DNA of 64,000 nucleotides, from IMG/VR virus record IMGVR_UViG_3300005326_000040, positions 274,056 through 338,055 of that record, one strand, 5' to 3'. The number at the start of each line of letters is the position of its first letter. Within the stretch, counting starts at the first letter, position 1. A program made the translations under genes and the position numbers. This DNA is from a virus. Lineage: Duplodnaviria > Caudoviricetes. Positions 38,208-47,567 of the stretch are shown one piece after another. The notes under the pieces were generated by a model. The model made no database searches and had not been told where the DNA came from. It saw nothing but the letters and a program-made list of their open reading frames with translations.

Positions 38208-39008
38208 ATGAAAATTGGTAAAGGTACTAATTCTGCCGTCCTAGATGACATGGCTAATATCATGGAGAGTGAAGATATGAAAACTCTCTTTGCGTTTAAG
38301 AAAGAAGCACAACAAACACAAACTGGTGGCGAGTTTGCATCAGATGGAGTTCATAGAAACTTAACTCAACAAGAACATTTGGATATCGCTCGTCAGACTC
38401 CCGAAGGAAAGGGCGATGATGAAAAAGTACGATATCTTACCCCTACTCTTCAAAAGCTTGTAAACGATCCTTCTTATGCCATGATGGATGCAAACGCTGT
38501 AAACGCAGCAAGACGCGCTCTAAGTGGTAAACCTGGACCTAGTGACGCTTCTCTTCTTGCTCGATTCTTTCCACAGGAGCAAAATCTTCAAGCGGCTTTA
38601 AATTCGTTTAAGAATATTGCCAATCCATTGGCTCCTACTCCAGTTAAGCCTGGAACCGCCGTTGCTAAGCCTAGTACTCCTACTGGGTATCAGCCAACTT
38701 ACGGTATGGAATCCACATCCAGTGCGATTACCGAGCTAGTAAAGATGGGCGAGGTTTTTGCTGAGGCCGGTTTCATTAAGAGCGAAGCTCTTGTTGGCGA
38801 ACTCCTCAAGACTATTACTGTTGAAGCTCGCAAGAAGGTTGTTGAAGAGCTACAGAAGGGTAAGAAAGGCGCAACCAAGAAGGATGAGAAGTGCCCGAAA
38901 TGCAAGAAAGATTCAAAGAAATGCGAATGCAAGGGCAAAGACGGGAAGTCTGCTAAGAAGCCTGAGCCTGAGAAGAAAGATGGAAAAAAGCCTGCTAAGA
39001 AATATTAA
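38208..39008 (+). CDS. Putative internal head protein with Lys/Cys-rich tail
   Basis: FKKEA motif, shared helical module, CPKCKKDSKKCECK tail. Confidence 0.6.
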   Translation: MKIGKGTNSAVLDDMANIMESEDMKTLFAFKKEAQQTQTGGEFASDGVHRNLTQQEHLDIARQTPEGKGDDEKVRYLTPTLQKLVNDPSYAMMDANAVNAARRALSGKPGPSDASLLARFFPQEQNLQAALNSFKNIANPLAPTPVKPGTAVAKPSTPTGYQPTYGMESTSSAITELVKMGEVFAEAGFIKSEALVGELLKTITVEARKKVVEELQKGKKGATKKDEKCPKCKKDSKKCECKGKDGKSAKKPEPEKKDGKKPAKKY

Positions 39009-39070
39009 TTGAGAAAGGCGCGATATATAACAAAATTAAGACAATTTTCTTTTGAATAGAGGTTTATTAT

Positions 39071-39757
39071 ATGTTGCGTCTCGTACAAATTGGTTCAGCA
39101 CAAGCAGCTAGTTATCCGGCAGATCCCGTTGGTTACTTTTACCCAGGAATGATTGGTCAGTTAAAGCTCCACGGAAACACCATTGTATGTGGTGTTTCCG
39201 ATGGAACGGCTCCTCTTGGGATTATTGATGATACCAGGACAAATGCCTTTTACGCTCCCAGTATTGATGAAATCATTATCGAACCTGCTGTTGGTCAACT
39301 TGTCAACGGTAGAATGGTTTCGGTTACAGAGGTAAAAGCAGAATTAAGAAATTCAACCATCATAGATAGCAGCTTTATCTGTGATACTCAAGTTGTTCTT
39401 AAGCCTAAGAATGGTGTTGTTGTTTTCCCTGTAGGAACAACTTTGAATTTTGACGCTGACGGTGACGGTGTGAGCGATTCAATTCGCGCAGTCTGTAGTT
39501 ATACATATCAGGTGCCAAATACTCCTGGTGACAACACTACAATGGGCAGCGGTCGAATTACAATCTGGTTTCACAGAGTAATGGCACAAACTGATCAGTT
39601 CGAAGTCAATCAGCGTTATCCGTTGAATGCGCCGCTATTTGTTAGTGAGGCTGGAAAACTTACCACGAGACGACCTAGTGATTATCATCCGACGGTTGCT
39701 ATTGTATTAGCTCCACCGCAGAGTGCTACACCATATCTAGACTTTATGTGGCTGTAA
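39071..39757 (+). CDS. Capsid decoration/cement-like protein, paralogue 2
   Basis: APLGIIDD, GSGRITIW and PLFVSEAGKLTT are similar to 49573..50232. Confidence 0.5.
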   Translation: MLRLVQIGSAQAASYPADPVGYFYPGMIGQLKLHGNTIVCGVSDGTAPLGIIDDTRTNAFYAPSIDEIIIEPAVGQLVNGRMVSVTEVKAELRNSTIIDSSFICDTQVVLKPKNGVVVFPVGTTLNFDADGDGVSDSIRAVCSYTYQVPNTPGDNTTMGSGRITIWFHRVMAQTDQFEVNQRYPLNAPLFVSEAGKLTTRRPSDYHPTVAIVLAPPQSATPYLDFMWL

Positions 39758-39760
39758 AAG

Positions 39761-40009
39761 TTATTTCTTCTCATCGGTAGGATAAAGTCTAATCCTTATT
39801 CCTTCATTTGTTTCACATTTTACAATGCCGGTATGTGCCCAAAAATCACGCTTGTGACATTCTAAAATAATTCCGTCTTTACAATTTGCTCGGCAATTAG
39901 TCCAGTTAGCGTCGTCTACTTTATATGCGACAACTAAAGAAAACAAAATAGAAAGAAAAAATGTTGCTATTCCTAGTCCTTGGAGCACGGAAATCAAAAG
40001 TTTTTGCAT
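39761..40009 (-). CDS. Small membrane-anchored 4-Cys protein B
   Basis: N-terminal TM helix, NCRANC...C...FW..TGIVKCET. The ATG at 40009 follows the upstream stop by 1 nt. Confidence 0.65.
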   Translation of the reverse strand: MQKLLISVLQGLGIATFFLSILFSLVVAYKVDDANWTNCRANCKDGIILECHKRDFWAHTGIVKCETNEGIRIRLYPTDEKK

Positions 40010-40010
40010 G

Positions 40011-40253
40011 TTATTTTGCCTTATTGAATTCAATCAATCTTACGCCTTCAACTGTTTCACATCGTACAGTTCCTGACTTCTCCCAAAACCCAATTGTCTG
40101 ACAGTCTTGAACCATACCAGGACACGCTTGCCTACAGTTATCTTTGCCTTTGGAACGACCTATTTCGCCTAAAATCACACCTGTAAACACAGCAACAACT
40201 ACAATTATAATCATACTAGCGATACAATAGTCTGTTATATTATCGATACTCAT
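40011..40253 (-). CDS. Small membrane-anchored 4-Cys protein A
   Basis: N-terminal TM helix, NCRQAC...C...FW..SGTVRCET; paralogue of B. Confidence 0.65.
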   Translation of the reverse strand: MSIDNITDYCIASMIIIVVVAVFTGVILGEIGRSKGKDNCRQACPGMVQDCQTIGFWEKSGTVRCETVEGVRLIEFNKAK

Positions 40254-40867
40254 TTTGGCGCAACCTTTTTGAATTCTGTTGAAAGCTGATTGTAAATCGG
40301 TTGATACTTGTTCTTATAGTAAGTCCAGTCAACACTACCCGACGACATAATTTCGTGAAACAAATCATTGGCTTCTTGATAGTTCACAATCTTGCCTTTG
40401 GTAGCTATTTGCCGACCAAACATTAACACGCGAAGAGAATGCCACAAGCTCTTGATACCAATATGATATTCTTTGGTGACTTCAAGTTTTTTCTTGGCTT
40501 TCACCCATGAGTTGGAAGCCTTATGAGAAATGGAAGCTCGAAGTTTAGGAACATCCAATAGATATCCTGGTTTCAATCTGTCAGCAATAATATGTTGGGG
40601 CGGCAGGAAAAGACATTCTAAAATAGAAATCTCTTGTTCAAGACTTAAAGCTTCAAATTGTCGCTGCTTATAAAACGAAAAATCAAATTCTCCGGTATAA
40701 TGTCGGTCAGGATGTCGAAACGTTTGGTCATCTACAACTACAATAAAATCCTTATCAGAGACTTCCGTCATGGTTCCGTATACTTGAGAACCATAAGCGT
40801 ACACAGCAGCTACTTGGGATAGGTCAATAGCATGCCCGAGTTGGTCGAAAATATTGTCTGAGTTCAT
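40250..40867 (-). CDS. DNA polymerase beta-superfamily nucleotidyltransferase
   Basis: YAYGSQVYGT...SDKDFIVV (GS/DxD), third acid in FDFSFY, helical C domain. Confidence 0.8.
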   Translation of the reverse strand: MNSDNIFDQLGHAIDLSQVAAVYAYGSQVYGTMTEVSDKDFIVVVDDQTFRHPDRHYTGEFDFSFYKQRQFEALSLEQEISILECLFLPPQHIIADRLKPGYLLDVPKLRASISHKASNSWVKAKKKLEVTKEYHIGIKSLWHSLRVLMFGRQIATKGKIVNYQEANDLFHEIMSSGSVDWTYYKNKYQPIYNQLSTEFKKVAPK

Positions 40868-40875
40868 TGATTTTG

Positions 40876-41886
40876 CTAGTATTCTAAAATTTGTTTTGGC
40901 GCGGTCATTTGAAATTCCGTAAGATTTCGTGCGCCCATAAACGAAAAACTAGACTGAATTCCATCTATAATTCCATCCAATGTTTTTTGAATAGGCCCGG
41001 AGGCAGGAATTAATTTTGAAACGCCTTCAATGTGCCTAACATGATTGTCTTCTTTGGACACAACTTGTTTTGCTACAATAGAAGCATTCCCCCAATAATC
41101 CTTGAATTTTTGATTATCAACCATAACTGTTCTGCCATAACTTTCGTCGCAGGCAGCAAACATTTTCCCGACCATTACCATATTGCCCCAAATCATACAT
41201 TTGGCAATATCCGAAGCGTGTTCAATAGAACCATCTAGGCAAAGAAGAGTATCCCAATCATTGGTATCGTCTCGATAAGTTTTTGCTACATGAAGACAGT
41301 GAACTCCAACCCCTGTAGCAAATCTAGTCGAACAGACGCTTCCAAAACTGTTTCCAATTTTGATGATATGGGCTCCTCGATCTCGCAGGTATTTAATTCC
41401 ATCTGTGGAAGAAACATTTCCCGCCATGATGGTAAGTTTCGGGTGGGTGTCTCGGATATACTTTAGGATATCTCCTACCAGCTTGTGATGCCCATGATTT
41501 ACATCGACAATTACGTTTTTTGTTCCTTGGTCAACCAGCCAATCAACAAATTCATAATCTTCTTTTTGAACGCCAATGGAAGGGTAAAATCTTGAAAGTT
41601 CTTCTCTGTTTCTTCGGTTCTTCAAAACTCGAAGAAGCGTTTGATTTCTTTCTTCCTGGGTTCTAAAAAATCGATGATAGCTGGCGGCGGCACCTTCTAC
41701 TAAAAGTTTATCTACCAATTCTTCGGTGCAAATAGAATGCATATTTGCGTTAATTACAGGAATATAGAGATTGGTCAAAACCTTTCCGTTCCCATCAACC
41801 AATAAGGAGGAAATGTCTACCCCAGAGGAACGGGATTCAATCTCAGAATATGCAGGTATTAAAGTGAACGAATCAAATGTCAGCAT
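40876..41886 (-). CDS. GMP reductase / IMP dehydrogenase family protein (no CBS domain)
   Basis: NANM, VDVNHGH, MAGNV, GSVCSTR (catalytic Cys), LDGSI..SDIAK, IEGV; 336 aa. Confidence 0.85.
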   Translation of the reverse strand: MLTFDSFTLIPAYSEIESRSSGVDISSLLVDGNGKVLTNLYIPVINANMHSICTEELVDKLLVEGAAASYHRFFRTQEERNQTLLRVLKNRRNREELSRFYPSIGVQKEDYEFVDWLVDQGTKNVIVDVNHGHHKLVGDILKYIRDTHPKLTIMAGNVSSTDGIKYLRDRGAHIIKIGNSFGSVCSTRFATGVGVHCLHVAKTYRDDTNDWDTLLCLDGSIEHASDIAKCMIWGNMVMVGKMFAACDESYGRTVMVDNQKFKDYWGNASIVAKQVVSKEDNHVRHIEGVSKLIPASGPIQKTLDGIIDGIQSSFSFMGARNLTEFQMTAPKQILEY

Positions 41887-41962
41887 GGCTTTTCTTTATG
41901 CTGGCGGAGCAAATTGCTCGACAAATGTTAGCATAAAAAGCAAGCCATTTTAGAAATAAACT

Positions 41963-41975
41963 AATGATATAGCAT
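41963..41975 (+). promoter_or_regulatory. Putative late promoter motif AATR-N6-YAT
   Basis: AATG-atatag-CAT restarts the + strand head module after the inverted cassette. Confidence 0.5.
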
Positions 41976-41997
41976 CTAGAAGAGATATATCTAAAGG

Positions 41998-42426
41998 ATG
42001 ACCATGGGATACAACAAAGATTGGAATGCGGCATTTATTGGATCGGAAGATTCAAAAGCTGTGTTTAGTTCTGAGGTTTTTCGTAACTTCGTGAAAATTT
42101 ATGAAAGCAACGTCCAAGAGGAGCTTCCTCCTGTTGATACAAGCAAAATGTTTGTAACGGCTGATGAGGCTTTGGCGGCTATTGTCAAAGAAGCAAGCGC
42201 ACCAAATCCTATTCGTTCAAATCTTGATTATGGTGCGGCACAAGAAGTTGAAGACGAGGATGAAGACTTATCCCTTGAAGAAATGAACATCAAAGCTTCG
42301 CATGATAACGCATTTGTTGAAATGCAAATCAAGCAAGCTTGGGATAAGCATTTTGCGTTGGAAGATGCAGAGGAAGAACTGGGCCTAGAAAAGAACGCCT
42401 TCTATATGGCGAAGAACAGGAAATAG
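41998..42426 (+). CDS. Putative internal head protein
   Basis: FSSEVFRNFVKIY N-terminal module; IVKEAS motif. Confidence 0.6.
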   Translation: MTMGYNKDWNAAFIGSEDSKAVFSSEVFRNFVKIYESNVQEELPPVDTSKMFVTADEALAAIVKEASAPNPIRSNLDYGAAQEVEDEDEDLSLEEMNIKASHDNAFVEMQIKQAWDKHFALEDAEEELGLEKNAFYMAKNRK

Positions 42427-42433
42427 GGTTAAT

Positions 42434-44164
42434 ATGGTTAGCAAAAATATCTCATTTTCTGAAAGCATTGTTATGCGAGAGTTGGAGCGTATTGCTCGGG
42501 CAAAGAATCTTATTGTAGAAGAGCCTGAAGCTCCCGCTATTGAAAAGAAAGCGTCTGTAAATACTTTGGAGAGTTCTTCGGACCTTTTCTTGGATATGAT
42601 GAAACTCGCTTCTGTTCTACGAGACCGAGGGTTTACTTCTCAGGCTTCGCAGCTAGAAGAGAAAGCCATTATTCTCAAGAAGGCAATGTCAGAAGGTGGA
42701 CATGATAGTTTATACTCTTTCTGGAAGGAAACCGGAGAGAGCCTCGTAAGTGACGCTCACTCCTCGACTGACGCTGATATTCCTGGGCACAAAGTAATGA
42801 ACGCTAATGAAATTGCTAAAGCGGTTCATGAAAGCACAAAAGATAAGCCAACAGGACAGGAGAAGAAGGCGGAGCTTGCCGTTCGTATGGCAAAAATGGT
42901 CAATGGGCTTGTTAATAAAGAGGCTCAGGTTGGCACCGGAATTCTTCAAGGGCTTTTCGGTGGAGCCACTGGTTGGGGTGTTGGTACCGCAGTCCCAGCA
43001 GCGGCTGCACTGGGAGGGCCAGAGCCGGGATCAAGCTCTATACCATCTGCTATGAACGGCGCTGGCGTATCTGCAACTTCAATTCTTCAAAATTTTAGAG
43101 AAGAAAGCAACGGCATTCTTGGTCAATTTTTTTCTTCGGCTACTGAAGCTCAATTAGGTTTGCGCACATTAGCAAATGTTGATTTTAGAACTTATTTTTC
43201 AGACCAAAACATTCAGAATGGGTCAGCTATAAATGGAATACCACAAGTAAACGAAGCAGAGTATTCTCAAATAAGAGCGAAGATTGCTAAAGGTTGTGAT
43301 GATTATATTTCTGTTGTAGGAACAACAGATGTAACATCTCTTCCAAATTGGGGAAATATCAAAATTAACTATCGAATTTCTAGCACTGAAAAAGAGGCTG
43401 TGAAAAACAATATAAAGCAAGTTATCTTGTCTTATGTTGATAAATTCCAATCAAGTTCAAAGAAACTTGTAAATTCGAACTTAGCAATTCTTGATGAGCT
43501 TTTAGTTGGAGACTACAAAGCAACTGTTGACAATATTGACAAAGTGCTCGGCACTAAAAACCAAGTGCTCAGCACTAAACGCTCAAAAGATATAATGGCT
43601 GCGGTTGGCAGTATATCCACATCTCTTGTGCGTATGAAGGGTTTTATTCTGCGAGCATTAAAAGGAATGGCTTCAATAAAGCAAATATACAATAACTATG
43701 ACGTTGTTTCTACAATCTCACAGGGTTTAAGCGGCGCTATCAAAGCTGTTGATTCTTTGGTGGAAAAGCTTAGCCAAACCGAAAGTGGTTTCAAAGAATA
43801 TACTGTAGACATGGAAGATAAAGTTAATGACGCACTGACTTTGTCTGCTGTTATTATTAAAAAGTCAGAAATAGCCAAAAATAATATTGGAAATATTAAG
43901 TCGTTTAATGACGGTACAAAGAAAATGCTTTTAGAAAATATTGATAAGCTTAAAAAAAGACCTACACACGCTTTGTATTTCTTAAAAGCGTTACCTGATT
44001 ACAGTTTCTATTCTGTAAGTGTAGGGTTAGAGATGAAGTCTATGGCTGACTTTGATAGGTATGTTAGTGTTTTGAAAGATATAGATGCGGCTATGGATGC
44101 TCATGTTAAAAACACAAGCGAAATCCTAGATAGAGAAAACAAAGAAGAAACTGGTCTAAGATAG
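42434..44164 (+). CDS. Putative ejection/internal protein with glycine-zipper segment
   Basis: N-terminal shared modules, then VNKEA followed by GILQGLFGGATGWGVGTAVPAAAALGG. Confidence 0.55.
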   Translation: MVSKNISFSESIVMRELERIARAKNLIVEEPEAPAIEKKASVNTLESSSDLFLDMMKLASVLRDRGFTSQASQLEEKAIILKKAMSEGGHDSLYSFWKETGESLVSDAHSSTDADIPGHKVMNANEIAKAVHESTKDKPTGQEKKAELAVRMAKMVNGLVNKEAQVGTGILQGLFGGATGWGVGTAVPAAAALGGPEPGSSSIPSAMNGAGVSATSILQNFREESNGILGQFFSSATEAQLGLRTLANVDFRTYFSDQNIQNGSAINGIPQVNEAEYSQIRAKIAKGCDDYISVVGTTDVTSLPNWGNIKINYRISSTEKEAVKNNIKQVILSYVDKFQSSSKKLVNSNLAILDELLVGDYKATVDNIDKVLGTKNQVLSTKRSKDIMAAVGSISTSLVRMKGFILRALKGMASIKQIYNNYDVVSTISQGLSGAIKAVDSLVEKLSQTESGFKEYTVDMEDKVNDALTLSAVIIKKSEIAKNNIGNIKSFNDGTKKMLLENIDKLKKRPTHALYFLKALPDYSFYSVSVGLEMKSMADFDRYVSVLKDIDAAMDAHVKNTSEILDRENKEETGLR

Positions 44165-44176
44165 GAGAATAGGAAC

Positions 44177-46387
44177 ATGTCAATTAATAAAGTTGCAGAC
44201 GCAGATTTAGTTTCTCAAGTTAATTCTCTTTATGGTAAAGCTGCTCCTTCGCCAAAAGCTCCATCTGGTCCGGCTCAACCTGGGGCCGCTCGTCAACAAA
44301 GTGGTGGCTCCAGTGGTTCTAGCGACAAATATCTAAGCGGTCTTATGGACCGTCTCAAGAAGCTTCCACCGCAGACCGTAGATGCCGTCAGAGCTATGCA
44401 GAAAGCATTATCTAATCTAGGCTCCGGCATTCTTCTTTGGGTTGACAAACAAAAACTTCCTAAGGACCAAGCAAAGAAGTTTATGGATCTAAGCCAGAAA
44501 ATTGGTCACACATATGGCGGGCACGCTTCGTTTACAAGCGAAGATGGTGTCTGGGGTAAGATGACCGCTGAAGCTCTAAAAGCTGTAGATGATTTGATTG
44601 AGCTTATTAAGAAAACCGGCGGCAATATAAGTTCTCCAGGACAACTCACCACACATTTATCTACTGGTGGACTTCCAGATCATGTTGCTATCAACCAGCG
44701 TGACGCTGTATATAATGAAGTTTATTCTACTAACATTCCTATTATCAACGCTGTTCTTCGAAATTTTGGGTTCATGGGTAGCGAAGGTGTGGATGGAGCA
44801 GAACTTGATAGACTTCCTAGAACATTTGACGAAGCTATATCTAATTTAGGAAAGACTCAAATTGTTAAAGATATTATGGATAAATCTCTGTTCCCTGTAT
44901 TGGGACGAGATTTACGATCTCTTGGGACAGCAAAGGATCTTTTAAAGAAAAATGGTTATGAGCTTCCAAACCCAGCCCGAAAATTGGATTCTAAATTTCA
45001 GGTTCTAGAACAAAAGGTTCCATATACTGGAACACAGTATTCTATTGGCGATATTAAAGTTGAAGACTTGGCTTCGTTTTTCGAGACCAACGGATATGTT
45101 ACAAATTGGAAGAGTTTGATTGAATTAGAACAAAAACGTTATGCTGGTATCAAAAGCTCAATATTACGGCAGCCAGCGAGAAATATGAACATTAATGATG
45201 CTCCGCAAATGCGGGAGTTCGTGAAAAACGTCAATGAAGCTTTAAGTGTAGTGGATTCTAGTTTCAACGAAGCATTAAACAGTAACAACGGTCTTATTAA
45301 ACAGAATGAGTTGGTTGGTTACTATCGCGCTTTACAACAGAGAATTTCAGGGGCAGTAAATACGCTACAATCAAAGCTTGGATATGACTCATCTCAAGTG
45401 CGTGATTTAGCCATGTTTGTTCAAACTATGCCGCACAAAGCAATGTCTTATGAGCAGCTTTCTTATACCATCAGTCAAATAAAAGAAAACCCAACATCTA
45501 TTTCTGTACCTAAACAGCTTGCTCAATATCTTGCGAAGATGCAGCAAACCAGAAAATCCGTTGGGTCGGACGCATGGACCGTTTCTCAACTTGAGTGGAT
45601 GGTAAAAATGTTTGTTGAGAGATCAAGCTCTCAATTTGAGCGCGCAACAACTGACACAGAAAAATCTATTAAAAAGCAATACAAAAATTCTGTTGCTCGG
45701 TTGGTTCAACAACTCAATGCTATCAAAGCTTTTGCTAGAGAAAAATTCGACGCAATGGGGCAGAGTGTAGCCGAAGAAACACTTGGTGGACTTATTGTTC
45801 CAGACACTATGCTTCTAAATGGTTTAAGCGGTGTTGATTCTTCTGGAACAGCATTGCAAAACAGAACAAACAAAGCGCCAAACTCACGAGGCAATGAAAA
45901 TAATCCTTGGGGCACTGGTGCTTCTGGCCCTTCTGGCGGCCCAGGGTCTGAAAACCTTGGTTATGTCAAAGACAGTGATACCGTTAAAACCAAGAGGCCA
46001 CCGATTACACCTAATACTATCTTCCTAAAAACTCTGGACGAGTGGTCAAACGCAGAAATTTCTGACATCGTATCCGGCGCCAAAGCAATACTAGAGTACG
46101 GCAAAATCTTCAATAGCGAAGATATGGGCGCAGGATTCTATCAGAGTATCGGATTTACAGCCAATGATATCTCTCGTATTATGGAAGCTATCCAAAGAGC
46201 TATGGATAACTATCTGCGTTTCCTTAGAGCCAAACAGATGACCGAAACAGAGTTGGAAGATAAGGTTCGTGAGGTTTCACGTAACGCCCAAAGATGGATT
46301 GGCACTCTAGCTCAAATGAAATCTAGAATGGCGCCTGACCGCTCAGTAGGGCCAAGAGTTATCGTTGACCGACCCAATCGCAGGTAA
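44177..46387 (+). CDS. Putative ejection/internal protein with peptidoglycan-binding-like motif
   Basis: INKVA at the N-terminus; VRAMQKAL...DGVWGKMTAEAL resembles PG_binding_1. Confidence 0.5.
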   Translation: MSINKVADADLVSQVNSLYGKAAPSPKAPSGPAQPGAARQQSGGSSGSSDKYLSGLMDRLKKLPPQTVDAVRAMQKALSNLGSGILLWVDKQKLPKDQAKKFMDLSQKIGHTYGGHASFTSEDGVWGKMTAEALKAVDDLIELIKKTGGNISSPGQLTTHLSTGGLPDHVAINQRDAVYNEVYSTNIPIINAVLRNFGFMGSEGVDGAELDRLPRTFDEAISNLGKTQIVKDIMDKSLFPVLGRDLRSLGTAKDLLKKNGYELPNPARKLDSKFQVLEQKVPYTGTQYSIGDIKVEDLASFFETNGYVTNWKSLIELEQKRYAGIKSSILRQPARNMNINDAPQMREFVKNVNEALSVVDSSFNEALNSNNGLIKQNELVGYYRALQQRISGAVNTLQSKLGYDSSQVRDLAMFVQTMPHKAMSYEQLSYTISQIKENPTSISVPKQLAQYLAKMQQTRKSVGSDAWTVSQLEWMVKMFVERSSSQFERATTDTEKSIKKQYKNSVARLVQQLNAIKAFAREKFDAMGQSVAEETLGGLIVPDTMLLNGLSGVDSSGTALQNRTNKAPNSRGNENNPWGTGASGPSGGPGSENLGYVKDSDTVKTKRPPITPNTIFLKTLDEWSNAEISDIVSGAKAILEYGKIFNSEDMGAGFYQSIGFTANDISRIMEAIQRAMDNYLRFLRAKQMTETELEDKVREVSRNAQRWIGTLAQMKSRMAPDRSVGPRVIVDRPNRR

Positions 46388-46394
46388 TGTTCAC

Positions 46395-47537
46395 ATGGAA
46401 CGAACAAAACGATTAGAAGCTTTAGCTAAACTCAAGAATGAGACGACTGCACCGGTCATTATTAAACAGGCCGGTGTGGTTGATCTTCTTAAAGATGCCT
46501 TTACTTCTATTTCTCAAAGCGTTGCTTCCAGTTTTGACAAAAGCAGCCCAGTAACCAGCGTGCTTCAATACTTTGCGATAGCAATGATTGCAAGAAGAAG
46601 CGTCTTATTAAGCGCTTTGTTTGCTGCAATCTCTTTGTTTTTTGGCGTCAATGTAGGCTCAGTGTTTGAGTCAATCAAACAACACCTGACACCCCATCTT
46701 CAGTCGCCTGAAGCAATAGAAAATCTCAACAAAAATCAAGATTCAATTGTTCGAGATATTGCAACCAAATCCGTTGACCCAGAAGTAAAGCATTCTGATG
46801 AACAAATTCAAAGCGCTGTAAAAAGCGTTGAATCTTCTGATGGTGCTGATCTTGGTTCCATCTTAGGAGCTTTCAGTCATCATGAATATTATGGTTTAGT
46901 GAAACAAGGCGCAGCCCCTATATCGCCAAATATGGTTAAGAAAATTCTTCCAATCATACAGTTCTTTGGCCCAGGGAGACTTGGAATTGCTGGTATCTTC
47001 TTTTGGATTATCAAAGCTATTCTTATTGGTGCAGGAATTACCGCAGCTACCGGAGTGCTCGGAGGAATGTTAGGTCATAAACCTGTAACACCAGAAACCT
47101 CTGAAGTGGCAACTGAGACAACTGAGAAAGAAGAATCAAAACCTCTTCCGCAGAGCAATCAAGTTGCTCCGTCCGATAAATCGCCGCAAATTGCTTCTAA
47201 ACTCAAAAGCAAGAACAATACCGCTCTTGAGTCTCCTGTTCCAAATAGCGGCGGAGCAGAATGGGTTCTTAGCGCAAAAGTAGATAACCATTCTCAAGCC
47301 GTAGACGCTTTTGCAAAACAACTTTTTGATGATGTCTTCCGCGCTTATACCGGATTTGAAAATGCACAAATCCCTTCTTCAAAAGTAATGCAGGCAGCTA
47401 AAGCTACTGTCACAGAGTTTATGCAGAAAACTAATTTCAAGTTCAACCAAGATGACAACGTGCAAGAACTTCGTATCCCTGGTAAGTTTACAACCAGAAT
47501 GCAAATTATCAATCATATTCTTGGAAAGATGCAATAA
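46395..47537 (+). CDS. Putative ejection protein with multiple transmembrane segments
   Basis: IIKQA and LVKQG each precede hydrophobic segments. The ATG at 46395 is preferred over the overlapping start at 46365. Confidence 0.55.
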   Translation: MERTKRLEALAKLKNETTAPVIIKQAGVVDLLKDAFTSISQSVASSFDKSSPVTSVLQYFAIAMIARRSVLLSALFAAISLFFGVNVGSVFESIKQHLTPHLQSPEAIENLNKNQDSIVRDIATKSVDPEVKHSDEQIQSAVKSVESSDGADLGSILGAFSHHEYYGLVKQGAAPISPNMVKKILPIIQFFGPGRLGIAGIFFWIIKAILIGAGITAATGVLGGMLGHKPVTPETSEVATETTEKEESKPLPQSNQVAPSDKSPQIASKLKSKNNTALESPVPNSGGAEWVLSAKVDNHSQAVDAFAKQLFDDVFRAYTGFENAQIPSSKVMQAAKATVTEFMQKTNFKFNQDDNVQELRIPGKFTTRMQIINHILGKMQ

Positions 47538-47545
47538 TCAAGTAT
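47533..47545 (+). promoter_or_regulatory. Putative late promoter motif AATR-N6-YAT
   Basis: AATA-atcaag-TAT before 47568. Confidence 0.45.
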
Positions 47546-47567
47546 ATATTCAAACAGAGGCAAAAAA

